A stretch of DNA of 64,000 bases, from the NCBI RefSeq assembly GCF_009914755.1, contig NC_060926.1, one strand, 5' to 3'. The DNA is from the human T2T-CHM13v2.0 reference genome, Homo sapiens. Positions 16,179 to 30,378 of this stretch are shown one piece after another. The position numbers and the translations under genes were made by a program. The notes below the pieces were generated by a model that worked only from the letters and a program-made list of their open reading frames with translations, made no database searches and was not told the origin of the DNA. The first letter of the stretch is position 1. Each line of letters opens with the position of its first letter.

Positions 16179-16955
16179 TGATATGGACAGGAGACAGGGA
16201 AATACTGAGTAGAAGAGGGTGGTTCCCTAGGAAAGGCCTCACTGTCAATTTGTGGCCCTAAATGGGAATAGGCATTTCTGTTTTCACACCCAAAAAGTTG
16301 CCTTTTGGCCTGCAATGCCCCCCTGTCCTGTACCCATATAAACCCTGAGCCCCAGGCTCCAAGAGCAGATGAGGAGACAAGAAAACAAGCAGATGAATGG
16401 CAGAATGGCATGGCAGAGAAAGAGAGAAGAAAAGGAATGTCTGAACGCTGAGAGGAGTTCAGCTGGGGGCGGTCAGAGAGGAGTTTGGCTGCTGGGTGGC
16501 CAAACTCCAGGGGAAGATCACCTTCCCACTCCATCCCCCTCCCAGCTCCCCATTCATCCCACTGAAAGCTACTCAGTAAAACTCTGCATTCATCCTTCAA
16601 GTCCACGTGTGAGCTGATTCTTCCAGGACCCTGGACAAGAGCTCAGGATACAGAAAGCTGTCACACTGGTCCTCTGCCCTTGCAGAAAGGCAGAGAGGGC
16701 ACTGAGCTGGTTAACTCTTAAGTCATCTGTGGGCCACGTAACTAAAAGAGCATTGTAACACTGGGGTTGCAGGCACCCACCCTTAGACACTACCATAGGG
16801 CCAGAGCTGAAAGCGCTTGCCCTGGTTCCTGCACCTGCCCGTCTGTGTGATACCCCTCCTGTCAGGGGTTTGAGCATTGGTAGCGACTGAACAGGTGAGC
16901 CACACCCCTGTGGCACACTCTGCAAGGGGGACCAGGGAGCTATCCTGTTTTTTCA
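16179..16955 (+). mobile_element. Solo ERV1 LTR, LTR1 family
   Basis: Starts TGATATGGACAGGAGACAGGGAAATACTGAGTAGAAGAGGG, ends ...CCTGTTTTTTCA. TATA-like CCATATAAACC. Confidence 0.85.
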
Positions 16956-19009
16956 CTTTTACTGTTGTGAAAGGAAGAAAATATGCTATAAAGAATAAAT
17001 GAAATAATACACATATATAGTAAATGCAACCAAACACATAGCTAGCTCAAAGTGCTCAGAATCATGACACTGAATCAAACAGCAGCCACTAAAAATCCTC
17101 ATCCTATGCTCTTGCAGAATGCTTTTTCCGAGGGAGGCTTTCTATCACCTAAAGACATCTGAGATTCACAAAATAATGTCTTGTCACAGTACTGAGGCAG
17201 AGGCCCGCTGTAGATGCTGCTAGAGGAGGCTGTCATGATTGAGCCTTGAGATGCTTTCCAGTTCTAAGATTTTATGACTCAATTCTCTCTCTGCTGACAA
17301 TTTCAGACTTACTGTTGGGGGCCCACACATAATAGATCAATGTCAAAACAAAATTAAACACACGAGGCCTCTTGTAAACAATGTTTCTGCATAAAATGAG
17401 CCTGGATTTCAATTCTATTACATAAATTCTATTAAAGCTGTCTTCTAAGGGAAGAAGTTATGGTGCAGATTGTTAAAGATGAACAACATTTTCAAAGGCA
17501 GGCCAAAGAGATATAAATTCCTTTTGTTAATTAAAATCATGGTCATCTGAACTATGCCTATATTTATAAGCATTCACCATAAATTTTCCCTTGAATGACT
17601 TATCTTAGTTTGTGTTAACTCTGGAGTCCTCTTGCCTGATGTCTTTTTCAAAACATTCTTCAGTTCTGTTAGGTGTGTGTGCATGTTTCAGTAGTTGAGA
17701 AACAGGCACACAAAAACCAATGCAGCTTTTTTTTACTCTGGAGCACATTGTTATTGTCCAAAGGCACAGTTCAACCTTCATTATTAAAGGAGGTATTTTT
17801 GGTTTTGAATTATTATTTGTATTCATGTATAATACAAATGTATAATTCATGTATAATTCAGAGCTGCCTAACTGCCAGGTTTCTAGAGGTGCAGAGGATA
17901 AGATGAGGATGTAGAATTTGAAAGTCAACCCAAACATCTTAAAGTGAAATCGCATGATGAGGGAAAAGCGGGCTTAACAGAATAATTTTTCGTGACTGCC
18001 GTAGTGCAAACTTGAAGAAATTTACAGGACATTTGCAGGAGTGTGGATAACAATAAACCAAGCACACCTGTGATTGTTTACATGGACAATGAAGTCAAAG
18101 TTACCCCACAGTCGGTACTGTCTTATCTAGAATGGTTACTTTCCAATTGTCTAAGAATTTAAGAGACTCATAATGCTCTGCTTAGTAAGTTTCTATAATG
18201 TAGCCTCCCTAAGGAAATAGATGTACTTTGTAGTTAAAATGAAAAAATAAATAAATAAATATTAAAAAAACAGCTTATGAATAAACAATGGAATGTGAAA
18301 CACCTCAGGCTAGAGATCCAGTTCTGAGCTGGCCACTCCCCTGACCTCTCAGCATGTTAAGAAAAAGCAGTAGCACATCTGGCTCAGCATCCAGCCTGTC
18401 TCTCCCGGCAGCTTGAAATGCTGTTCTTCCTCAGTCTCAGAAGCAAGTTTACTAACAAATCTCACAAAGAGGAGGAAAACAATCGGTTGGAGGTGAAGTA
18501 ATAAGCAAGACCAAATCATAATAACTGTGACATTTCCAGGCTCTGCTTTCATTCCCCTTGCTGGTTTTAAATTCCAGGAACCAGCCAGCCGGCTCCGTGT
18601 GTCAGGGGCAGGAAAAGTCCCCGTGCTGGGAAGCCGAAGTCACTTCCAGCTCTGGGACTTTTATGAAAGGTTCCCAGACTCCTCATTCCTTAACTGGGGA
18701 GAAGAACCTCTGTTCTGACTGCCTTTCTGAGTCACTGGTGAGAAATTGATGAGGGTCGGGACCTGGAACCCCGCGAGGGGTCGGTTTCATCTGCGGGCAG
18801 TTGTTTCCCCAGTGCTCTCTCAGGGAAAAACACAAGTCTCCCAAGCACCTGCCCTACCTTCTAAATTTAGAGCTAGTAATGCCTGGTAGAGTTTTTATAA
18901 TTTATTTATTATTATAATTGTTGTACCTAGAATGAAAATTATTTCACAATTTGAGATAGTTTTGGTTACAACTTTCTTAAGAAGTGATAACAATAACGGG
19001 TTAACTTAA

Positions 19010-19402
<393 letters not shown>

Positions 19403-21707
19403 TAAATCCATGGTCTGAGAGCAGGTCTTGACTCCTGCACACTGAACTTCTACAGGCACAACAGTTTCTGGGTAGGATGCTCAGTTTCTAGTAGTTTCTA
19501 ATAGATGAGCATGAAAACGGACAAGTTTGAGTCCCATTTCTTCACCTTCTGGTGTCAAAGGCTAACAGGCAGAAGGGGCAAGAATCTGAACCAACTGGAT
19601 GATCAGTGCCTTAGCAATGGATCAGTCTTCTTTTTCACCATTGGTCATTCAAAGCCCAGGTTAACAAAATGTTTTTAAACAAAAGAGGTGTTTGCAGAAG
19701 TGTAAATGGAGGCGCTCCACGAGAAAGTGGGAGGGGATCGGAGCCTACCTGCTGGGATCTCTCTTCTTGCTCACAGCAGGACTGAAAAGGGAATTCCTCC
19801 ATTGCAGGGTATACGGCATGGAAACCTCTGCCACAGCCAAGAGCAGATGGTTGTTGATGCTAAAACTCACACACCAGCCTCGCTTCCACCCACGAAAGCA
19901 GTTTTCCCCAGCAGCTATTTACAGAGGTGCCGGTTTCACCTGAGAACCAAAGGTTCTCCACAGTGAGGATCTGTTTTGAACGAAAGAAGGGTTTTGTGTA
20001 ATGACTTCTAGGCCCAGGAAAGCAGCCTGGTCCCCATGCTGATGGCAGGAAGAGGCGCTGCGTAAGGCATCCTCTGTTGCAAGCGAGTGAATGCTGGTAA
20101 GAAACCAGGAGAGACCAAGCGGAAGGTTGAATCTTAAAATGTCTTGTTTAAGTGTGTAGCCGGCACCTGGGGAGAAAAATCCCAGCCTTGCTAAACATTC
20201 CAGTAAGATCAGGAAGATCACAAATAAGCTTTGTCTTCGGGTTTCTGGGAAATGATCCAGGATCCGTGGATCTACAAATGAAGAGAAGTTAACCCCAAGT
20301 CTGTGTGTATATGGGGGGATAACCACATACACGTGTGGAATACTTTCAAACACTGGTGTGTCCATACTTTTGCCAGTCATCATAAAAGTCATTTACTTGG
20401 TTAATTTGTGGGTTTCATGTTTTTTTCCCCCAATATTGTAATAGTTTCTAATCCTGTACCGTTAAAGCTGTAAGAAGAGTCATAGTTTACACTGTCTTCC
20501 TAATCACCCATACGCATGTAGTTAATGGCTTATCTTTTTTCTGCCAGTTCTAAAGCATTCCAGTATATAGACTTGACCACAGTTGAACATTTTGCAGATG
20601 TGTTTATTTTCTTTGAGTCTCCCTAGGCTTCTTGCACCAAGTCTGCCTGTGTGTCTGTGTGAGCTGTTTACGCTCTGCAGCTGCTTGAAACTCTGATCCA
20701 GCCTCTTCCTGAACATGTCACTGTCTATGTGGCCAGATCTTCTCTCCCACCAGCCAAGTCAGTCTTCCCGAATTCCTGTGCTCTGTCCCATTGCCACTGC
20801 TGCTGGTGCCAGCTCTCAACAGGACAAAGAATAGGATTGGGAGAGGAGAGAACAGGCAGGGGGTTGTGTACCATCAGTCATGTTCCATCCACCTTTCCCA
20901 TGATAAATTCAGAAAGAAGCACTCTGGTGTTATACATCTGTCTCTTGTGAGTTAGCATAGTATGTGTTCTTTTACCCCATCTACTCACTTCACATAAAAA
21001 GCCTCCCTTCCAGGGTAACTGGATTCAGGGCTTCTTTGTAGAGGAAAGCCCTGTCTTTGTTTCTTTCTCTTCTTATAGCATAGAGTACTTGCCCCCAAAT
21101 TCAGACTCCTGGGGAAGTGGAAAATTCCACTTGGGCCTACAGTCCCAGGCTGAGTTCTCCATTCCAGTCTAATCAAAAAGGCCCGAATTAAGCCACTGAA
21201 CCAAGTACCGGCCCAGCCACAGAATGGACTTTTATGTCCAGTTCGCTGACGTCCCTCATGGATACAGGGTGCTGAGGTGGGACTCAAGTTATATAGGGGA
21301 GTGTTAGAAATCGAACCCTTAAACCCGAGCTCCTCGTGCAGACAAACACATCTAATTCCAAGTTAAACAGAATCTGAACCAATAAAAACATTTTACCCTG
21401 AGGATAGAAACATGCAAACAAGGTGAATCAAAACAAAGAAAACCTGTTTGCCTTGTCTTAAACATCCAGAACTATTTACCTCTCTCGTCATTAATAAAAT
21501 CTCTGTATAAATATTTCCCCAGGAGGCAGCTCCTGGTGACGCACAAATATTTTTCCATTAAAGGAGACGAGACATTGCCTTCTTTTTGATATCACCATTC
21601 TGACTCCTGATGGAGAGACTGATGCCTGTGAGGCATACCTGTCCCCAACAGGTAAATCCAGGAGTAGGGATTCTGCCCTTATTTCCCCTCGATTGCTACT
21701 ACATTCT

Positions 21708-22005
21708 TTTTTTTTTTTTTTCCCCGACAGAGTCTAGCTCTGTCGCCCAGGCCGGAGTACAGTCGTGCAATCTCAGCTCACTGCAACCTCCACTTCCTGG
21801 GTTCAAGTGATTCTTCAGCCTCACCCTCCCAAATAGTTGGGATTACAGGTGCCCACCACCACACTCAGCTGATTTTTGTATTTTTAGTAGAGATGGGGTT
21901 TTGCCATGTTGGCCTGGCTAGTCTTGAACTCCTGACCTCAGGTGATCCGCCCACCTCGGCCTCCCAAAGTGCTGGGATTACAGGCGTGAGCCACCATGCC
22001 CAGCT
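21708..22005 (-). mobile_element. AluS, full length
   Basis: Perfect 17-bp TSD GATTGCTACTACATTCT at 21691-21707 and 22006-22022. Confidence 0.97.
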
Positions 22006-22119
22006 GATTGCTACTACATTCTAATGGTTGCTCTTGGAAGTTCCTGATGTACAGTGGATACTGAAAATTAAAGTTAAAAGAGCTTTTAACAAAAAGCAGT
22101 ACTGGAACAGGTGAAATAC

Positions 22120-22560
22120 GTCTTGGAAATGCTAACCGTAGGCAATGGAAAGTCATTGAAGGTTTTGGAGCAGAAGAAATTAATGATCTGAGTAATGGGG
22201 ATAGTAATGTATATAGTGATTCTGAGGGGAAACTTAGAAACAGGAAGATCAGATTGGCAGCTAACAGGAAGAAATCAGAATTAAGGTAGTTTGAGTCAGA
22301 AAGGAGAAAAAATTCTTTACAAGACAAAGTGAGATGAACAACATATTGATAGGCTATGAGGGAGATTATCTGCCATGTTGGGATAAGATGAAGACAGGAA
22401 AAATATTTTTACTGAAAAGAGTTGGGTGAAAACTAAAGTAACTCCACATGTAATGCGTTTAAGTATTTATGAGAGACTCCAGTGTAGATAACCAGCAAAT
22501 TACTGGAAATACAGAGTTAGTTTGGGAAAATATTAGGTTTGGATTTGAGATCTTGTATTT
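22120..22560 (-). mobile_element. L2 fragment
   Basis: TAGGCAATGGAAAGTCATTGAAGGTTTTGGAGCAG is typical of antisense L2. Confidence 0.6.
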
Positions 22561-22843
22561 AGAGGTGATTTTTGAAGAGGGTGTGGTGAGAAAGAACAAA
22601 TGGAGAACTTAGAAAAACATATTGATTCTCTTTATATTATAAAAGGAATGCTGTTATATTGGATGCCATAGCATCTCCCAGGTCCAAATATTAGGTTTGG
22701 ATTTGAGATCATGTATTTAGAGGTGATTTTTGAAGAGGGTGTGGAGTGAAAGAACAAATGGAGGACTTAGAAAAACATATTGAGTCTCTTTATATTATAA
22801 AAGGAATGCTGTTGTATTGGATGCCATAGCATCTCCCAGGTCC
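22528..22843. repeat. Direct tandem duplication, 2 x 158 bp
   Basis: Copies at 22528-22685 and 22686-22843 differ by about 6 substitutions. AAAT lies at the junctions. Confidence 0.97.
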
Positions 22844-23017
22844 AAATCCACCAACTTTCTTTGCCCTGATTTGTGGGACTATAGCTGGACCTTGTAAACA
22901 TTTCTCCTTCTCCAGCTGCTGGAATGTTAGGCTTCATCAACAGAGGGTGCTGGAGTGACCCTATCAGGCCATAGCAGCAGAAACTCTTCCACTTTGCAGT
23001 CTATTCAGCATGGGACC

Positions 23018-25240
23018 TGATATGGTTTGGCTGTGTCCCCACCCAAATATCACCTTAAATTGTAATAATCTCCATGTGTCAGGGGCAGGGCCAGGTGGAG
23101 ATAATTGAATCACGGGAGCAGTTTCCCCCATACTGTTCTTGTTGTAGTGAATAAGTCTCACAAGATCTGATGGTTTTATAAATAGGTGATCCCCTGCACA
23201 ACCTCTCTTCCCTGCTGCCATGTTAAGATGTGACTTTGCTCCTCATTCACCTTCCGCCATGATTGTGGGCCTCCCCAGCTATGTGGAACTGTGAGTCACT
23301 GAAACTTCTTTATAAATTACTCAGTCTTGGGTATGTCTTTATTAGCAGTGTGAGAACAAACTAATACGGTAAATTGGTACTGGTAGAGTGGGGTGCTGCT
23401 GTAAAGATACCCAAAAATGTGGAAGTAACTTTGGAACTGAGTAATAGGCAGAAGTTGGAACAGTTTTGAGGGCTCAGAAGAAGAGAGAAAAATGTGGGAA
23501 AGTTTGGAACTTCCTAGAGACTTGTTGAATGGCTTTGACCAAAATGCCGATAGTGATGTGGACAATAAAATCCAGGCTGAGGTGGTCTCAGATGAAGATG
23601 AGGAACTTGTTGGGAACTGGAGTAAAGGTCACTCTTGCTATGCAAGGAGACTGGTGGCACTTTGCCCCTGCCCTAAAGATTTATGGAACTTTGAACTTAA
23701 GAGAGATGATTTAGGGTATCTGGTGAAAGAAATTTCTAAGTGGCAAAGCATTCAAGAGGTGACAGATCATAAAAGTTTAGAAAATCTGCAGCCTGACAAT
23801 GCAGTAGAAAAGAAAAACCCATATTCGGGGGAGAAATTGAAGGTGGCAGCAGAAATTTGCATAAGTAACCAGGAGCCAAATGCTAATCACCAAGACAATG
23901 GGGAAAATTTCTTCAGGGCATGCCAGACACCTTTGCAGCAGTCCCTCCCCTCACAGGCCTGGAGCCCTAGGAAGGAAAAATGGTTTCCTGGGCCAGGCCC
24001 AGGGACCCCCTTTTCTATGCAGCCTCTGAACCTGGTACCCTGCATTCCAGCTGTTTCAGTTCCAGCTGTGGCTAAAAGTGGCCAACCTACAGCTCAGGCC
24101 ATTGCTTCAGAGGGTGCAAGCCCCCAGCCTTGGTGGCTTACACATGGTGTTGGGCCTGTGGGTGCACAGAAGTCAAGAACTGAGGTTTGGGAACCTCCAC
24201 TTAGATTTCAGAGGCTGTATGGAAATACCTGGGTGTCCTGGCAGACATTTGCTCCAGGGGTGGGGCCCTCATAGAGAACCTCTGCTAGGGCAGTGTGGAA
24301 GGGAAATATGGGATAGGAGCCCTCACACAGAGTACCTACTTGGGCACTTCCTAATGGAGCTATGAGAAGAGGGCCACCATCCTCCAGACCCCAGAATGGT
24401 AGATCCACTGACAGCTTGCACCATGCACCTTGAAAAGCCACAGATACTCAACACCAGCCCATGAAAGCAGCCAGGAAGGGTGCTCTACCCTGCAAAGCCA
24501 CAGAGGCAGAGCTGCCCAAGGCTGCAGGAGCCCACCTCTTACATCAGCATGACCTGAATGTGAGACATGGAGTCAAAGGAGATCATTTTGGAACTTTAAA
24601 ATTTAATGACTGCACTATAGATTTCGGACTTGCATGGGGCCTGTATCCTCTTTGTTTTGGCCAATTTCTCCCATTTGGAATGGGTGTATTTACCCAATGC
24701 CTGTACCCCCATTGTATCTAGGAAGTAACTACCTTGCTTTTGATTTGCCTTGTCTCAGGTGAGACTTTGGACTGTGGACTTTTGAGTTAATGCAGAAATG
24801 AGTTAAGACTTTGGGGGTCTGTTGGGAAGGCATGATTGGTTTTGAAATGTAAGAGCATGAGATTTGGGAAGGGCCAGGGGCAGAATGATATGGTTTGCTG
24901 TGTCCCTACCCAAATCTCACCTTGAATTGTAATAATCCCCACATGCCAAGGGCAGGGCCAAGTGGAGATAATTGAATAATGGGGGCAGTTTCCCCTACAC
25001 TGTTCTTGTGGTAGTGAATAAGTCAAGTCTCACAAGATCTGATAGTTTTATAAATAGGTGATCCCCTGCACAAGCTCTCTTGCCTACCATCATGTAAGAT
25101 GTGACTTTGCTCCTCCTTTGCCTTCCACCATGATTATGAGGCCTCCCCAGCCCTGTGGAACTGTGAGTCAATTAAACCTCTTTATAAATTACCCAGTTTT
25201 GGGTATGTCTTTATTAGCAGCATGAAAACAGACTAACACA
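23018..25240 (+). mobile_element. Full-length THE1 (THE1C-like) MaLR provirus: 5' LTR 23018-23368, internal 23369-24885, 3' LTR 24886-25240
   Basis: Two ~350-bp LTRs starting TGATATGGTTTG. Internal part starts GTAAATTGGTAC and ends in a purine tract (GGGAAGGGCCAGGGGCAGAA). TSD GGACC/GGAGC (4/5). Confidence 0.95.
23492..24274 (+). pseudogene. THE1 internal ORF remnant (260 codons open)
   Basis: MWESLELPRDLLNGFDQNADSD...EVVSDEDEELVGNWSKG is the standard MaLR/THE1 internal ORF translation. It runs into stops and frameshifts downstream. Confidence 0.8.
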
Positions 25241-25275
25241 GGAGCCCAGCACCTTTGCAGAGGAACTCTCTCTAG

Positions 25276-25835
<560 letters not shown>

Positions 25836-27419
25836 ATCCTCTGCCAAGTTTCTTGCATATGTCAGGCTGTGTGTTCCTGCTGTAGCCATGCTCTCTTCAG
25901 TGAGGTCTGAATCTCAGCCTTGGTGTGGGGTGGGGCTCTCTTGGTCTTTTGTTCCTCTGTTATCCACTTTCTTTGTCCTGCAATAAGTAGCTGCTCCTTT
26001 GTACCTGCTTCTTGACCTCTTACAGTCCTTTCTTATTTTTTAGGTAATTAACCACTTTCTGTAATTAGCAATACATTAAATTACATTTTCCCTGTTCCAA
26101 TGAATGGTGTGGTTTCTGTCTCTAACTAATATACATGTGGAAAAGAGGTTAGACTTTTTCCAATTGATTATTTATTATACAGCTGGAACCTGTAAGTAGA
26201 AAGTACAGAATCAAAATAAAGGCTTTTGAAAGGTCAGCACTACAAAGGTTAGAATAGACTGCATCAAATTGTAATGACTTTGCTGCCAATGGCACAACCC
26301 CCCAGCAGGAATCCTCTAGAGGGATTCAAGAGTTAAGCAAGGGGTTGGACTGGATGAAATTGAAGGTCACGGCTAACCTTGAGAGTCGACAGTTTTACAG
26401 AACATTCTGAATCTTATTCTTGCCTCCACTAATAATTAACTCTCCTAATTCCCATTAGTCTTCCCAAGGGCATGATTATAGTTTGGCATTATAAAAGCCA
26501 TGGACTCAATGTGAGAAAAGTGCAAACTATTATTGTCAAATTAGTGTTTTCCTGGAGATTTCTCAAATTGTCTTGTGACATTCCATATCAATGTTATTGC
26601 TCAGGTAAATATGATATTCCATTTCCCAAGCATCTAGATTTAAAATTTCTAAACGTACTCTAACAACTAATAGCTCAATACTGCTGAAGCTCCATGGCCA
26701 TTGAATTAGGTTGTTCTTCAACTTCAAAACAGCCTTCAATGTCATTCATCCATTACTGTTCCAGGCCATATATTTCCTCTGTGTAGCATAGGTTGAAACA
26801 CTCAAGCAGAATCTGAGTGACTTATCCAAGGTTGTGCTGGGGAAAGAAAAGCCTTCTTAATGCCTGATATATCTTGATCTCTTCCTCCTATAAATGAAAA
26901 GCTAATAATGTAAGCTTTTTTGTGTGCACATTAGTTTCAACATATGGGCATAGAACATTCTACCGCATGGCTGAAATTCTACCTCATGGCTATGTGAAAA
27001 TCTACCCACTGCTGCCTAACTTCTTGCTGCTGCTTCTTGATTTTCTAATGATTTGACCTTTAAGTTTGATGTAATATTATTCAGAGAAAGATTCATAGCA
27101 ATTGTATATCACTGTAAATTATATCCTTTAGCAATTGAAAACGGTCCTTTGGTCCCATAAATTTTTTCTTGAATTTTACTTACATGTACTTTATTCCTGC
27201 TTTCTTTGTATTCAATTTTTATACATCTGTTTGTTCTTTTTATTTTTTGAGTTAGTTTTAGTTATTTAATTTTACACTAGGCATTTCAGATATGCCACTT
27301 TTGTTTTCCATGGGCCACTTATAAACATATATAAATGGATTTTGTTTTTCAGTCAATTTAAGAATTTTTTAAATAGGTGTTGAACATATTTAAGTTCAAT
27401 TTATTTTGGCATTATGTTC

Positions 27420-27720
27420 TTTGTTTTTGTTTCTTTTTTGAGACTGAGTCTCGCTCTGTTGCCCAGGCTGGAGTGCAGTGGTGCGATCTTGGCTCACTAC
27501 AGCCTCTGCCTCCTGGGTTCAAGCAATTCTTGTGCCTCGGCCTCCTGAGTAGCTAGGATTACAGGTGCCCACCACCATGCCTGGCTAATTTTTGCATTTT
27601 TAGTAGAGACGGGGTTTCACCATGTTGGCCCGGCTGGTCTCAAACTCCTGACCTCAAGTGATCTGCCCGCCATGGCCTCTCAAAGTGCTGGAATTACAGG
27701 TATAAACCACCATGCCCAGA
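27420..27720 (-). mobile_element. AluS, full length
   Basis: Antisense dimeric Alu. Flanking TGGCAT(T/G)ATGTTCTTT duplication. Confidence 0.95.
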
Positions 27721-27921
27721 TGTTCTGGCATGATGTTCTTTTTAATACTCTCCTTACCACTCCTTTGTTTCCTGCCTTTCTCCCATGACCTAAGTCTCAA
27801 TTCTTTTATCTTCTGCAGCCCTATACAAGATGTGTTAAATGAATCTAGCAAATAAGATAGTGGGGATGTAGCCTTTAAGTCATTGGAACAGAGGTAATGG
27901 TTGAAGTTATGGAATATTTGA

Positions 27922-28213
<292 letters not shown>

Positions 28214-28299
28214 AGATTTGATTTTCTGAGAAAGCACAAACGAAGAAAAAAACAAAAGACATTGGCCAATCCTTGGGGAATGTGTACATTAGACAGGAA

Positions 28300-28560
28300 T
28301 GGAATTATACCAGTAGTGTCTGGAGAGCCACAATCACACAAAACCAGGCATACAAAGAAAAGAGAGGGTTTCAAGAAAGTCTGGTTAGCTGTCTCCATAG
28401 CTTCAGGGAGCCCAAGTAAGATATTAACTAAGAAAAGATCACTGGGTTTGGCAAGCAAGACATCACTAGAGAGCCTGAATGAGTCATTTTAGCTAAGTGG
28501 TAGAGGCAAAGGCCAAGGTAGGTGAGCACTGGAAAAGTTATTGTACATAAACTCGACCAT
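28300..28560 (-). mobile_element. L2 fragment
   Basis: AAGATCACTGGGTTTGGCAAGCAAGACATCACTAG resembles antisense L2. Confidence 0.6.
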
Positions 28561-29049
28561 TCTCACAAGACATTGAACAGAGAATAAGAGGAGAGAAAAA
28601 GGCTTACAACATCAAGGACAACAGGTACTGGGACATGGAAAAGACCAAGATATGTGTACAAATATAGCAAAACAAGAATGATAAGACCAAGCAGAGAAGG
28701 TATCTTTGGTAGAGAATAGTCTCTAAAGAGAAATGTTAATAGTTTTGGGATGCCACTGAAGAATGAACAACATTCTCCACTCATTCCTAACTTGAGGGTA
28801 AGCATTACACGTGGAAAACATAATAGGCCAGACTCCATTAAGCTTTTCCTGCTGATGTCAAGGGCTCATAGCAGGGGCTGCCAGAGCAATCTCAGGGAAA
28901 GTCAATTATCAGCGCAGCAGGGAATGAGGGTCATCTGCAAGTCAATGGCTGCCTATTTAAATCCATTAATTCAATGAATATGGACTGTAAGAGTCTAAGG
29001 ATGAACTCAGCATTTGGGGGGTGATATTCTTCATGTTTCTATTCCATTT

Positions 29050-29215
29050 GTGTTTTGTAACCACCCTATGAGATTTCTAACTTAACTTTTAAAGAGCAGG
29101 CTCAGAAGTTAGGTGACCTGCCCAAGGAAACAGAGTTGTTAGGTGATGGAAGCAACGCTCACTCCAGCCCAGATCTTTTAGCTCTGAGTTCAATGTTCTT
29201 TCCACAACATGACAC
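29050..29215 (-). mobile_element. MIR fragment
   Basis: GGCTCAGAAGTTAGGTGACCTGCCCAAGG is the antisense MIR core. Confidence 0.75.
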
Positions 29216-29359
29216 TCTCCTTTTAAACACTCATCTCTTCAACAGCCAAGCCACATAAAGGGGATGGAACAAGAGCATCAGCATAACAGAACATTAAAAT
29301 GGCATAACTGAAGGTGTTCCTCACCCTTTTGCACTCTGTCCCCAACTTCGAGTGATTCA

Positions 29360-29878
<519 letters not shown>

Positions 29879-30047
29879 TCACAGGAAGTTTATAAGCAGA
29901 AGCCACCCAAGGTCCAAGGGAGGGAGGAGGGTGATGTGGAGAATGGAGTGTCATAATAACCTAAAATACTATGACCCACAACTCCAGCAAAGTCATGTGG
30001 GATGTCTGAAATTAGCCAGATAGCTTTTAAAAACATTCCTAAGAATT

Positions 30048-30378
30048 GGCCAGGCACAGTGGCTCACGCCTGTAATCTCAGCACTTTGGGAGGCTGAGGA
30101 GGGCGGATCACCTGAGGTCAAGAGTTTGAGACCAGCCTGGCCAGCGTGGTGAAGCCTCGTCTCTACTAAAAATACAAAAAAGAAAAAAATTGGCTGGGCG
30201 TGGTGGCGTGCACCTTTAGTCCCAGCTACTGGGGGAGGCTGAGGCAGGAGAATTGCTTGAACCCGGGAGGCAGAGGTTGCAGTGAGTCAAGGTCGCACCA
30301 CTGCACTCCAGCCAGGGTGACAGAGGGAGACTCCAGCTCAAATAATAAATAAATAAATAAATATTAAATAAAAATATT
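30048..30378 (+). mobile_element. AluS, full length
   Basis: TSD ATTCCTAAGAATT. (AAAT)n tail. Confidence 0.95.

Noticed and set aside
23018-25240. PRDM9 hotspot motif in the THE1 LTRs
   Set aside because: All three THE1 LTRs in the window read CCTCCCCAG, not the hotspot-associated CCTCCCTAG variant.
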